In this document: positions 32,193 to 41,980 of the stretch, piece after piece
Numbering within the stretch: position 1 is the stretch's first letter
How the letters are laid out: the number at the start of each line of letters is the position of its first letter
Translations under genes and position numbers: made by a program
Assembly (NCBI GenBank): GCA_008690995.1
Contig: VRMN01000003.1
Span: 434,001-498,000, forward strand
DNA: 64,000 nucleotides
Direction of reading: 5' to 3'
DNA from: Porphyridium purpureum
Taxonomy: Eukaryota
Notes under the pieces: model-generated
Database searches by the model: none
Told to the model about the DNA's origin: nothing
Seen by the model: only the letters and a program-made list of their open reading frames with translations

Positions 32193-33242
32193 CTACCGAG
32201 ACAATACTGGTCGTGATGACCTCCTCCGTTGCCGCTCGTACGAGTTTAAAACCTGACCATAATCCTCGACCATTCCTCCGCAGCACACTGTTTCTAGTAC
32301 GCAGTAGTATAGCTCGTCCCCGACTTGTGTCTGGAGCATGCCGCGCAAGTCGAGAACGAGGTACTGACCTACGCCCAAATTTTCAGTGGTCAGGTCAAAC
32401 CGCTGCGGCTCAGACAGGCGAAGCACGCGGAATTCCCTGCTGAACGAAGCACTCTGTGGTGAATTACATACAGCAAAGCGCACGGTTTTGCTCGGGTAAA
32501 TGGGGTGGCCGGGCTGGTAAAACGCGCGGTAGACTTTCAGCATCACCCAGTTGAGCCGTGTCGTAGGTTCCTTTAGCCTAAAAACCACTGTCTCACGCGA
32601 GTCCTGTGTCTGATGTCCAGCGCTACTCCAGAACGTCGCCGGGCGTACATCAAAATTGAGCATTTGGTTCATGCCTTGTGTCTCCGGGTCGTCGCATGAG
32701 GATACGTACACTGCCGACTCAATCAGGGACGTCTCTCGCGCCAGCGCGTAGGCGGCCTGAGACAGAACGCGCCCTACGTACAAATCGTTGAGGTTCTGCA
32801 GCTCGGCGCGGTCCTCCTTGATGTTGTTTTGCGTGTCAGGGCGCTGCATGGACAATAGCCGTCGCACAAAATCTTGGTACGCCATCATGTCCGCCGTCAT
32901 TCCGTCCGCTACCGCACCAGTAGGATTTGCGTTTCCATTCGGATTTGCGCCGTTGCGGGTAATAGGCCCAAACAACGCACGCGCGAGCGGAAACAGTCTC
33001 TCGGGCGTGACTTCGAGCAAGGGCATTGCCGGCGTTTCTCGTGCCACTGCCGGCTCGCGGTCCGGAAAGTCGCTTGGTGTGAGCACGTCTGGTGTGAGAG
33101 CGTCCGCGCCCAAATCATGTTCGTCCACATCAGCCAGGTCCAACTGTCGCAAGGGATTCGAGGCATCATGCTCCTCAGCCTCTGGTTCCGTCAGGAGAGG
33201 CTGGCCAGCTTCTTCCCCGCGCTCCCTTTCCTGGTCGTCCAT
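32193..33242 (-). CDS. protein with a galactose-binding-like domain resembling the plant F-box family At4g00755
   Basis: SSCDD..., FWSSAGH...RETVVFRL, YRAFYQPGHPIYPSKTVRF, LRGMLQTQVGDELYYCVL and CCGG match my recollection of that family's C-terminal domain. Confidence 0.65.
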   Translation of the reverse strand: MDDQERERGEEAGQPLLTEPEAEEHDASNPLRQLDLADVDEHDLGADALTPDVLTPSDFPDREPAVARETPAMPLLEVTPERLFPLARALFGPITRNGANPNGNANPTGAVADGMTADMMAYQDFVRRLLSMQRPDTQNNIKEDRAELQNLNDLYVGRVLSQAAYALARETSLIESAVYVSSCDDPETQGMNQMLNFDVRPATFWSSAGHQTQDSRETVVFRLKEPTTRLNWVMLKVYRAFYQPGHPIYPSKTVRFAVCNSPQSASFSREFRVLRLSEPQRFDLTTENLGVGQYLVLDLRGMLQTQVGDELYYCVLETVCCGGMVEDYGQVLNSYERQRRRSSRPVLSR

Positions 33243-33736
33243 GCTTCAGGAGCGCATATGCGCGTTGCCTATTCCAGCACCTCTCGAGAGCTGCGCACCA
33301 GCGTTCGCCCCTCAGTGCGCGTCGCTTCCAAACTCCTCGCTTCAACCCTGAGGGTGCTTCCTCTTGTCGGCCCAACCCAGCGGCATCACCGACCTATTGA
33401 CAACTGGGAACTTCAGATTCCTTGAGAAAATAATGCCATGCGTTTGCACGTGTGCAGCTCGCGCTTTATTCAGACGCCATTGCGGCCTGGGCATGAATCG
33501 GAGTCATACAAGGGAGATTGAGCACACGTGCCGGGCTCTTTGCGGCACAGGAAGGCAGAGCACGTGCACTAGTTGGCGTCGGCTGGTGCTCGATCGCTCC
33601 AAACGCAAGGCGCCTTTCCACTGGAGAGGAGGACGGGAAGAATTTGTGAAAAGGAGAGCGGCAGTTACTATTTATCATCGTGTACGACTCACAGTGACTG
33701 GAAGTTCTTTCCTTCCTTCAGGGAGTGGCCTCATAC

Positions 33737-34618
33737 TTAATGCTTCACGCCGGTGCCCTCGGACAATATGTCTCCGCCGACGTCGCCGAGGTTGAGCTGC
33801 AGAGAGTCAGAATTCAGATACACGCGATTGTTCGAGCGAGCCATCACTTCGCTGATGGTGCGGGCGGCCTCGATCTTCCGTAAAGCCACAAAGCCCGGGT
33901 TGCTCTTCATCGCATCCCCTATCAATTTCGCAGACTGGGCCTCACCAGTGGCACGAATAATGGTCGATTTTTTGTCCTGGATAGCCTTCTCGACCATGAA
34001 TCTTGCGCGCTCGGCCTCTTGTTGCGCGACCTGCTTGGCTTCCACTGCCGCAGTGTACTCTTTGCCGAAGGCCAGATGCGTGATGGACACATCATCTAGT
34101 AAGATATTGAAGTCCATGGCGCGATCGCGCAAGTTGCGCTGAATGAGCCTGGAGACCTGCTCTCGCTGAGTGATCAGTTGGGAGGCGTTGAACTGGGCAA
34201 CGACGCTTTTAAGCACCTCATTCACGATGGACGGGAGCACGCGCTCGTCGTAGTCCATTCCGAGCGTCCTGTAAATGGCCGGTAATTGCTCTGGGACCGG
34301 TCTGGACAGCACGCGAAGCGAGATCTGCACCGTCTGCAGATCCCTTGAGCCCGTGAGGCTCTGGATGATTCGCGGCTTGGCGCGAACATCGTAGATGATC
34401 GGGACATCAATGAAGGGAAGGCGCAGGTGGGTGCCCTCTCCGTACACTTCTTCCCGCACGCCCGTGATCTTATTAAAGATGACTGCGCGATGTCCTCCTT
34501 CCACGTTATACAAGCCGTACCGGTACGCGCCAACCAGCAGCCCGCCCCCGATTCCTGCCATCACCAGCGCCCGGAGCCCCGTTGCCGCGCCGGGGGGCAT
34601 GTTTGGCACCTGAGCCAT
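33737..34618 (-). CDS. PHB2: prohibitin, PHB2 type
   Basis: LYNVEGGHRAVIFN, GEGTHL, LTGSRDLQ, DYDERVLPSIVNEVLKSVVAQFNASQLITQRE and VEAKQVAQQEAERA. Confidence 0.96.
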   Translation of the reverse strand: MAQVPNMPPGAATGLRALVMAGIGGGLLVGAYRYGLYNVEGGHRAVIFNKITGVREEVYGEGTHLRLPFIDVPIIYDVRAKPRIIQSLTGSRDLQTVQISLRVLSRPVPEQLPAIYRTLGMDYDERVLPSIVNEVLKSVVAQFNASQLITQREQVSRLIQRNLRDRAMDFNILLDDVSITHLAFGKEYTAAVEAKQVAQQEAERARFMVEKAIQDKKSTIIRATGEAQSAKLIGDAMKSNPGFVALRKIEAARTISEVMARSNNRVYLNSDSLQLNLGDVGGDILSEGTGVKH

Positions 34619-34907
34619 GTTCTCTCCCGCCGGTCCACACCCCAACCGCAACCAGCCGTGCCGTTCCCCACGCACTCCGACTTGGCCTCCTTCCTCCCTC
34701 TCCCAATCTTGCCTCTAGCTACACCCTTACCTATAACCTACCGGGCGCTCTGTATCAAAACGAGCGCGTTCACTTAGACAAACCGCGGGGGTCGTAGCGT
34801 CGGCGCCCACTAGTTCGCGGTTCTCTGGTTTCTTTGATCGCCCTGGCTGGCTGGCTAGCTGGCTAGCTTGCCTGCCTGTCTGGCATAGCGATGAAGCGGT
34901 AGGGTAA

Positions 34908-34947
34908 GTACAGTGCGAGGAAGGTGTGTGTACAGTATAAGTACAGT
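34908..34947. promoter_or_regulatory. cluster of three GTACAGT motifs in the PHB2/GOS1 divergent promoter (example of a recurrent motif)
   Basis: GTACAGT at 34908, 34930 and 34941. The same motif recurs upstream of many other genes. Confidence 0.5.
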
Positions 34948-35156
34948 TTGTGTGTTCACTTAGTGGTGTGGCAGTGGTGGTGGTGGGGTGAGGCGAAAGG
35001 TGGACACACGCGCGGATGCGGATGCAGTGAGCGAGGGACAGACAGCGAGAGACACCACGGCCACATGTGGAGCGCGCGTGCGACGTGTGGAGAGGAAACG
35101 CAAGGAAGCAGGCTGGTTGTGTGTGCATGTGGTGCCGCTGAGGAAGAGGAGCCGCG

Positions 35157-35951
35157 ATGACTGCGTGGGAGCAGCTGCGCCGGGAGGCGCGGCGGCTTGA
35201 AAATGAAGTCGACGCCAAATTGGTCGTGTACGCAAAGGCCGGATTTGGAGCGACGCACCATCACCACCAACAGCAGCAGCAGTCGTCACAGCACGCCGCG
35301 TATTCGCCAAATGTGAACGGCGCCCGCGGCAGGTCAGGAGAGGAGCTCGCGGACAGGGAGAGAGAAGCGAGCTCCGCTGCAGAGCACGTCGAGAAAGAGC
35401 TCGAGTCGTTGCTGAGCCATTTGTCCTCGATTGTATCGAGCATGAAAGATCACGTCAAGGCAATACAGACGCCGGAGTCTCGAAGCTCACATCAAAGCGG
35501 GCCACCGCTAAGCGCCATGAATCATGCGCTGCAGCGACACGAGGAAATCCTCGCCGACTACAAGCTCGATTTTCAAAAGACCCGGCGACACATTGCGAGC
35601 ATACGGCAGCACTCAGAGCTGTTTGCGGCCCATAAAAGCAGAGCGGAAACGGGCGCAGATCCGCTCACGAAAGAGGCAAACTCCCTGTACGAGGAGCGCG
35701 CGTCGCTGGCCGCGTCCACCAACGTCGCAGACAATAGCGTCGCACAAGGACTTACACTACGTGATGAACTCTTACGACAACGAGCCAACTTTTCGGCCAT
35801 GATGGACCGCGTGCAGGCCATGGGCTCTTCGGTGCCCGCCATCAATACCGTCATCAATCAGATCAAACGGAAAAAGAATCGCGACGTAATCATTTTCGCC
35901 ATCGTGGTGTCTGTGCTCACCTTTGTGACGCTCGTGTGGAAGCTTTTCTAG
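35157..35951 (+). CDS. GOS1: Golgi SNAP receptor complex member 1 (GOS1/GOS28 Qb-SNARE)
   Basis: WEQLRREARRLENEVDAKLV, LQRHEEILADYKLDF, PAINTVINQIKRKKNRDVII and a C-terminal transmembrane segment. Confidence 0.92.
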   Translation: MTAWEQLRREARRLENEVDAKLVVYAKAGFGATHHHHQQQQQSSQHAAYSPNVNGARGRSGEELADREREASSAAEHVEKELESLLSHLSSIVSSMKDHVKAIQTPESRSSHQSGPPLSAMNHALQRHEEILADYKLDFQKTRRHIASIRQHSELFAAHKSRAETGADPLTKEANSLYEERASLAASTNVADNSVAQGLTLRDELLRQRANFSAMMDRVQAMGSSVPAINTVINQIKRKKNRDVIIFAIVVSVLTFVTLVWKLF

Positions 35952-36121
35952 GTTTCGATCAAAGATGCACAGAAACTCAAGCTGGTCTTCTCGCGTTCTT
36001 CATCTCTTTACCTCATGTCAACATGTAAACTATACACGGCAGCACAAACCAGACCAGTGACCAAGGAATACTTGGGTACAAGCTGACTGCCCGAGCAGCA
36101 CCCAACTTTCAAAAAGCATGG

Positions 36122-37423
36122 TCACAGAAAATCGCGCATCGACACAAGCGCCAAAGAACCGGTATTTTTGGATGAAAACTCGCTCTGCGCGATCACGATC
36201 TGGGATACGGCGCGCTCAAGGATACTGGAGCGCGCGCGCTTTTGCGCGGTCAAGAGCGCGACGTTGAGTGACGACGCCACGGGCTCCCGGCGCTTGGTGT
36301 GCAGCAGGTACGACACAGGACAGTCCGTTGGGTCTGGATAAGCAAGAAGTGAAAAGACTTCCTTGAGCCTCTCATCCTGGTAGTCGCCCCTGTCGCGAAA
36401 TGAAGCGAGTTCGGTACGGCCAAACTCAATCAAATTCGACGTCGGGACGGTTCGTCCGCGCACCATCTCTACAAAGTGCTGGCACTTGAGGTCAAACATA
36501 ATGCGGCTATCCGCCTCCAGTATAGCCGGTTCGAGCTCGGACATGGCGCGTATGGCTTCAGGAATTTGGCCGTCCAGCACGTACCTGCAAACAGACTGGC
36601 GCTTGATAGTCAAGGCAAGATCGTCACGAATAGCGTTCAACCTGCCTGTATCCCGTGCAAAAATCTCTGCAGATGCCGCAAAGCCATTGTGGATCATAAA
36701 GTTGAGCACGAGATCGGTCACCACGTCGTAATAGTTCGGCAATCGCGACTCTGACAGAATGGTACTCATAAGATTGGCCTTGACTTCCTGCGCGAAGCTC
36801 TCGATGTCAAAGTAAAAGGGCGCGGCCCCTGGCTGTCCAAAATTGGCGTGCACAATTTCACCCTGTGTTCTCAGTCCCACAGTTGGATAAAAGGTACCCC
36901 GTACATGCTGAAAGGCCACACCCAGAGCAATACCGTTCTTGGTGAAAAAAACCGAGCCGTCAATCATATTCCAGCAGCATCCGATTACGTCACCCGTTGT
37001 GTAAGGAGGGCCATACGCCACACCGGTACCCGAATCACGAAATGCGTGCCCATCATCACCATGATACCCAAACGAGTTGCGCTCCCAGCCAGGCAGTCGA
37101 TTCAAATTGACATTCGCCGCACAAAGCCCTATTCCAATGTACCCGCTCTGCCCCGCATGCACCACGGTGATTTCAAAATAGTAAAGCGCGCACCGCGTCG
37201 TCGGGACGCACTCTGTTGTGCGCACGGCGGCTGCATCAATGTCTGTCTTTCCGGGACCATGGTACGACACCTTCAAGTTCTCATCGGACAAACTCAGCAG
37301 ATTCCACTTGTCCTTACTGTTCCATGCGGACGGCAAGCTGCCCGACGCCACCAGCTCTTTCCTCACTTCTGGGGCGGCCACCACGCCGTGAGATACCAGA
37401 CCTTCGCTTGTGCTGCTGTCCAT
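36122..37423 (-). CDS. RanBPM/RanBP9-10 (GID1-like) SPRY-LisH-CTLH-CRA protein
   Basis: LPSAWNSKDK, YYFEITV, RLPGWERNSFGYHGDDG, YGPPYTTGDVIGC, YPTVGL, LisH-like LVLNFMIHNGF, FDLKCQHFVEMV and FSLLAYPDP. Confidence 0.93.
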   Translation of the reverse strand: MDSSTSEGLVSHGVVAAPEVRKELVASGSLPSAWNSKDKWNLLSLSDENLKVSYHGPGKTDIDAAAVRTTECVPTTRCALYYFEITVVHAGQSGYIGIGLCAANVNLNRLPGWERNSFGYHGDDGHAFRDSGTGVAYGPPYTTGDVIGCCWNMIDGSVFFTKNGIALGVAFQHVRGTFYPTVGLRTQGEIVHANFGQPGAAPFYFDIESFAQEVKANLMSTILSESRLPNYYDVVTDLVLNFMIHNGFAASAEIFARDTGRLNAIRDDLALTIKRQSVCRYVLDGQIPEAIRAMSELEPAILEADSRIMFDLKCQHFVEMVRGRTVPTSNLIEFGRTELASFRDRGDYQDERLKEVFSLLAYPDPTDCPVSYLLHTKRREPVASSLNVALLTAQKRARSSILERAVSQIVIAQSEFSSKNTGSLALVSMRDFL

Positions 37424-37486
37424 ACTTACGATTCTTGCCTGTCCACAACTTTACCTTTCTCTTTACTACTTGCGTTAGCCAAGCGG

Positions 37487-38350
37487 CTACTTGAAGTCAT
37501 TTGGTACTTCAGCGGGCGAACGAAAGTATTCGCTCACATCGTCGCGTTTGACAAAGGAGACAAGCTGCGCGTACGAGCGTAAGAGGGGCTTGATGGCAAG
37601 CCACGTGGGCTTGAACACGAGCGGTGCGTCAACGAACAGGAGCTGGTCTAGACGGCGCGGATAATAAGTAAAGAAAACCTCGATCAGGTATCGTGCAAGG
37701 TTGAGGTCGGCGTTTGCGATTGAGAAGCCCTTGAGGTCGATGATGACCATGATTGTCTCGACACCCGGGTCTAGTGACGCCACGGCCTCGTCCAGCACAT
37801 GTTTGACCACTTTGCGGTTTGAATTCGGACCGTACTGGGACGCAAAGTGGAGTCGCGCGCGCACAATTAGCACGCGCCGTCCATACTTGTCCGTTTTTGG
37901 GTGGAGCTCGGTCTTGCTCGACTGGAGCTCGGCCAGGACGTTGCCTTGCAATGGTATCCGCTCCATTTCAGACACCCACTGCAGCCTCTTCCGCAGCTTG
38001 GTTATTGTCTCCTGCTCATCGAAACGCCGATCGCGGAGGAACCATTCAATCTCTTCCTCGCTCACGTTCTGAGAGTTGAACGCGCGCACGAGGGCCTCGC
38101 GCGCACGCTCTTTTTCGTCCTCTGTCTTGGATGTAGGCGGGAACTTGGCGCGTGCTGGAGACGAGAATGACATTGACAATGGTGCCCTTCGACTGTGCAT
38201 CACCAAGGCGCTACCCCGCGTTCTGTCTCGCATGCTCAAACCACGCATTCGACCGGGCGCCGACATCTGCGCCAGCGTAGCCACCGATGGCCCCACCCAC
38301 GCAAGATGACCTGGAAACGACGCCATCACAAACCTTTCACAGCGAGCCAT
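37487..38350 (-). CDS. CRAL-TRIO (Sec14-like) lipid-binding protein, probably plastid-targeted
   Basis: WFLRDRRFD, DKYGRRVLIV, IIDLKGFSIANAD and YYPRRLDQLLFVDAPLVFKPTW, with an Arg/Ser-rich leader. Confidence 0.9.
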   Translation of the reverse strand: MARCERFVMASFPGHLAWVGPSVATLAQMSAPGRMRGLSMRDRTRGSALVMHSRRAPLSMSFSSPARAKFPPTSKTEDEKERAREALVRAFNSQNVSEEEIEWFLRDRRFDEQETITKLRKRLQWVSEMERIPLQGNVLAELQSSKTELHPKTDKYGRRVLIVRARLHFASQYGPNSNRKVVKHVLDEAVASLDPGVETIMVIIDLKGFSIANADLNLARYLIEVFFTYYPRRLDQLLFVDAPLVFKPTWLAIKPLLRSYAQLVSFVKRDDVSEYFRSPAEVPNDFK

Positions 38351-38732
38351 GCAGACGTCCCGCAGCGCGTGCTCCCGCCACGCCCAACCGCAATGCGTTT
38401 CGTGTCGGACACCGCGCGAGGCTCAGACAGGGTACGGTACGAGAGAAGATGATCAGCAGACTCGTGCGCAACAGGAAATTCACAATGCCGGAGCGGTCTT
38501 TGATGTCAGAACTCTCTCTCCACTGCCGCCATCCCCGGAATCTTGCACTATCCACGGCTCCACGTGAACTCGTCCACGGTTGCATTTCAACTGTACCGAA
38601 GTGGCCGATGAGCAGTACCTCTGTGTGGTACAGTTTATTCGTACAGTCGGTGGGTGTGAACTTGCGCGGCGCGGCGGTGAAGGCGTATGGAGATGGACAG
38701 AGCGGGAGACTAGGAGGGAAACGTACAGAGTG

Positions 38733-38735
<3 letters not shown>

Positions 38736-38770
<35 letters not shown>

Positions 38771-38790
38771 TGTGTGTGTGTGTGTGTGTG
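38736..38790. repeat. compound microsatellite (GA)n(GT)n
   Basis: About 16 GA units followed directly by about 11 GT units, ending 13 bp before the SerRS ATG. Confidence 0.95.
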
Positions 38791-38803
38791 GTAAGAGACC
38801 AAC

Positions 38804-40156
38804 ATGTTGGAGCTGCAGTTGTTCCGCACGGACAAGGGCGGAGATCCAGAGAAAGTGCGTGAATCGCAGCGCCGGAGGTTCAAGGATGTGGGGCTGGTGG
38901 ACAAGGTCATCGAGCTGGACGAGGCGCATTTGAAGGTGCGCAAGGAGGCCGATAATTTACGGAAGGACATGAATGAGAAGTCCAAGATGGTTGGAAAGCT
39001 TAAAAAGGAGAAGAAGGACGACGAGGCCCAGGTGATTATGGACCAGGTGCCTGCGATCAAGAACGAAATCAAGGACAAGGAGGAAGAGGCCAAGCGCCTG
39101 ATCACCATGCGCGACGAAACAATTCGCATGATTGGAAACCTGGTGCCAGACTCAGTTCCTGTGTCTCAGGATGAAAACGAAAATAAAGTGGAGCGAACGT
39201 GGGGCGAACCGGGCGCGGCGGCAGGCGACGGTCTGAATCACGTGGACCTTCTGCATCGCATTGGTGGCGTGGAATACGAACGCGGCGTTACGGCCGCCGG
39301 CTCGCGTGGCTACTTTCTCGTCGGAGACGGCGTACTGCTCAACTTGGCACTGATCCACTACGGTGTCCATTTTCTGACGACGCGAGGCCATATTGCCGTG
39401 CAGCCGCCGTACTTCATGGAGCGCGATGCGATGGCAAAATGTGCGCAGCTCGATGACTTTGACGAACAGCTTTACAAAGTGTCTGGCGACGGCGGCGACA
39501 AGTACCTGATTGCTACCTCAGAGCAGCCGCTATGCGTCTATCACATGGACGAGTGGATCGCAGTGCAGAGCTTGCCTCTCAAATACGTCGGCGTGTCGAC
39601 TTGTTTCCGCAAGGAGACCGGCTCGCACGGGCGCGACACGCTGGGAATCTTTCGCGTGCACCAGTTTGAAAAGTTGGAGCAGTTTGTAGTGTGCAGCCCA
39701 GAAGGTGATGAGAGCTGGACGATCATGGATGAAATGCTTGGGAACGCCGAGGAATTCTACCAGGCGCTGGGCATTCCTTATCGTGTGGTGAACATTGTGA
39801 GCGGCGCGCTGAACAATGCCGCAGCCAAAAAGTACGACCTGGAGGGTTGGTTCCCCGCCTCGACGACGTATCGTGAACTGGTGTCATGCAGCAACTGCAC
39901 AGATTACCAAGCGCGTCGTCTCGAAGTGCGCTACGGACAGACCAAGAAGCAGGGCGACGCGCGCGAATCTAAATTTGTGCACATGCTCAACTCGACGCTG
40001 TGCGCGACCACGCGCGTCATCTGCGCGATTCTCGAAAACTACCAGACAAGCGAAGGCGTCAGAGTCCCGGAAGTCCTGCAGCCGTACATGGGCGGCAAGT
40101 CATTCCTGCCCTTTGTACGTGACGCTCCTCTGCCACCCAAGCCATTGCGAAAGTGA
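38804..40156 (+). CDS. SARS: cytosolic seryl-tRNA synthetase
   Basis: LFRTDKGGDPEKVRESQRRRF, YLIATSEQPL, CFRKETGSHGRDTLGIFRVHQFEK, ELVSCSNCTDYQARRL and HMLNSTLCA. Confidence 0.98.
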   Translation: MLELQLFRTDKGGDPEKVRESQRRRFKDVGLVDKVIELDEAHLKVRKEADNLRKDMNEKSKMVGKLKKEKKDDEAQVIMDQVPAIKNEIKDKEEEAKRLITMRDETIRMIGNLVPDSVPVSQDENENKVERTWGEPGAAAGDGLNHVDLLHRIGGVEYERGVTAAGSRGYFLVGDGVLLNLALIHYGVHFLTTRGHIAVQPPYFMERDAMAKCAQLDDFDEQLYKVSGDGGDKYLIATSEQPLCVYHMDEWIAVQSLPLKYVGVSTCFRKETGSHGRDTLGIFRVHQFEKLEQFVVCSPEGDESWTIMDEMLGNAEEFYQALGIPYRVVNIVSGALNNAAAKKYDLEGWFPASTTYRELVSCSNCTDYQARRLEVRYGQTKKQGDARESKFVHMLNSTLCATTRVICAILENYQTSEGVRVPEVLQPYMGGKSFLPFVRDAPLPPKPLRK

Positions 40157-40346
40157 CGGGGGAAAATAAACGGTTAAGGCTTTGAATCCATTAGCATCGA
40201 ATCGGCTTGAACCATAAATAGTCGTGGAGAACGATGTGAGACACGGGACAACGCGGCAACGTTGTGTGCTTCTGGACTGGCCGATCCAGTTCCGTGCTGT
40301 GTGTGTTGGTTTGTGCGTGGCTCCTGCGGGCCCCTTGTGCGCAGCA

Positions 40347-41777
40347 ATGTCGCACCCGCCACCAGTGCAGCATCCGCGTGCGTTGAGCAAGCTGGCGGCC
40401 ACGGGCGACGCAAGCGTGGCGGCGGGACTGGATTTGACGAGCGACATGAGCACGCAAGACACGTTAGCGGCGGCAAAGCGAGCACGCGAGGCGCGGCGGA
40501 GCAGGTCGCGTGCGGAGAGCATGGATGCCCCAGTGTCGCTTCCAAATCCTCGCTCCGACTCGCCGCCGGAGCATGGACGGGGTGCAGAACAGCAGCTCAC
40601 GCAGCCTTCGGCCTCGAGGGGCGACCCTGCCGCATCTCGCTCGACGAGGCAGCTGATGACAGACGTGGCGCATGAAAGACTGGCTTCTTCGTCATCTTCC
40701 TCACGGGTGCCGCCTCAGCCAACATCCTCCCAAGTGCGTGGGCAGGCTGCGAGTGCGGAACCCGAAAACAAGACAAGCAACAGTCCGCGCTTGGTTGGTT
40801 CATTACCCTCGCAAGCGTCATCCATGAGCTTCTATCGCGGAAGCAACAGACCATCTCAAGAGCCGAACGGAACGGCTGCAATTCCGCAGCGCGACCGGTC
40901 TGCAAGTCTGGACGGCATGAGTGACGGTGGTGGGAAGCCTTCCGTGCCAGCACTTCCTCCAAAGCGTGCATCGATGAGTTTCCGGCGCGCAGGTAGCACT
41001 TCACAACCCACGGAGGGTGGCAATGTCACTGCCCCTGCCGGTGGGCAAGCCAAGAAGCAACCCGTGCCAGTACCAGTGGTATTGACAGACAGTGACGCCA
41101 TAACAAGAGCTCCGCTGCCCCGCCGATCGCTCAGTTTTCATAGAGATAGTTCCAGAAACGCCGTCGGCGCTCAGGTGAGCGGGGAGATGAACCCTCTGGG
41201 AGGTACAGAGCCCCCAAAACTGCCCTCTGAAGATGCACGACGCAGCAGCGTGCCAGATTCGGGCAGTGTGAATGTTTCAGGAGCTGTGCCGCCGCGGAGT
41301 ATGAGCTTCAGGCGCGCAGGATCCTCAATCACGCCGCACCCGAACGGTGTTCTGCGCAAAGAGGGCGGATCTTCACGCGAGCAGATACCCCAAAATCTTG
41401 ACCTTGCGCGAGATGTCCTTCCGGCACGCTCGCGCTCTGTACGCTTCTCTGCGGAGCAGCAGGTTCAATCCGTAACGGCGCTGGGCGCGGGACCAGTCAT
41501 GCCAGCAACCGCAGATGCAACTTCGAGCGAGTTACGCATCGAGTGTTTGTCGTGTGCAGAGCTACAAAAAAAATACGCGCAGCTTGCGGACGATCTGGAC
41601 CACCTCGAGCGTGAGTTGCGCGTGAAGATTCGGGAGGAGCAGAAGTACCAGGCAGAGAAGGAAAAGAAGAGCTGGTTTGGCACGCGGCCTCCGACAGGTG
41701 AACGAGGGCTGCTCAAAACCGAAATTAACAAGTTGCATGTCACGGTGCTTTACCTTTACGATCGGCTCGAGAACTGA
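40347..41777 (+). CDS. hypothetical disordered Ser/Arg/Pro-rich protein with C-terminal CxxC and coiled coil
   Basis: Long ORF with first ATG at 40347. It carries repeated SxSF[RYH]R motifs and a C-terminal CLSC followed by a heptad-rich segment. Confidence 0.7.
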   Translation: MSHPPPVQHPRALSKLAATGDASVAAGLDLTSDMSTQDTLAAAKRAREARRSRSRAESMDAPVSLPNPRSDSPPEHGRGAEQQLTQPSASRGDPAASRSTRQLMTDVAHERLASSSSSSRVPPQPTSSQVRGQAASAEPENKTSNSPRLVGSLPSQASSMSFYRGSNRPSQEPNGTAAIPQRDRSASLDGMSDGGGKPSVPALPPKRASMSFRRAGSTSQPTEGGNVTAPAGGQAKKQPVPVPVVLTDSDAITRAPLPRRSLSFHRDSSRNAVGAQVSGEMNPLGGTEPPKLPSEDARRSSVPDSGSVNVSGAVPPRSMSFRRAGSSITPHPNGVLRKEGGSSREQIPQNLDLARDVLPARSRSVRFSAEQQVQSVTALGAGPVMPATADATSSELRIECLSCAELQKKYAQLADDLDHLERELRVKIREEQKYQAEKEKKSWFGTRPPTGERGLLKTEINKLHVTVLYLYDRLEN

Positions 41778-41980
41778 CGACTGGTTTCAAAATGGGCTCA
41801 CCCGTCTGCATCTATGTCGACTCCCTGGGGAACGTGGCATTGTTCATTGAGCCGACCGCTCCACTGATATTTATTCAAGCTCTGATTTTGGATCCACGCG
41901 CACAACGAGCACATAATGATTGACACAGGTTAGTTCATTTTTTAAAAACAATTATAGTTGCTCTCGGTAGCGCGCTCGGT

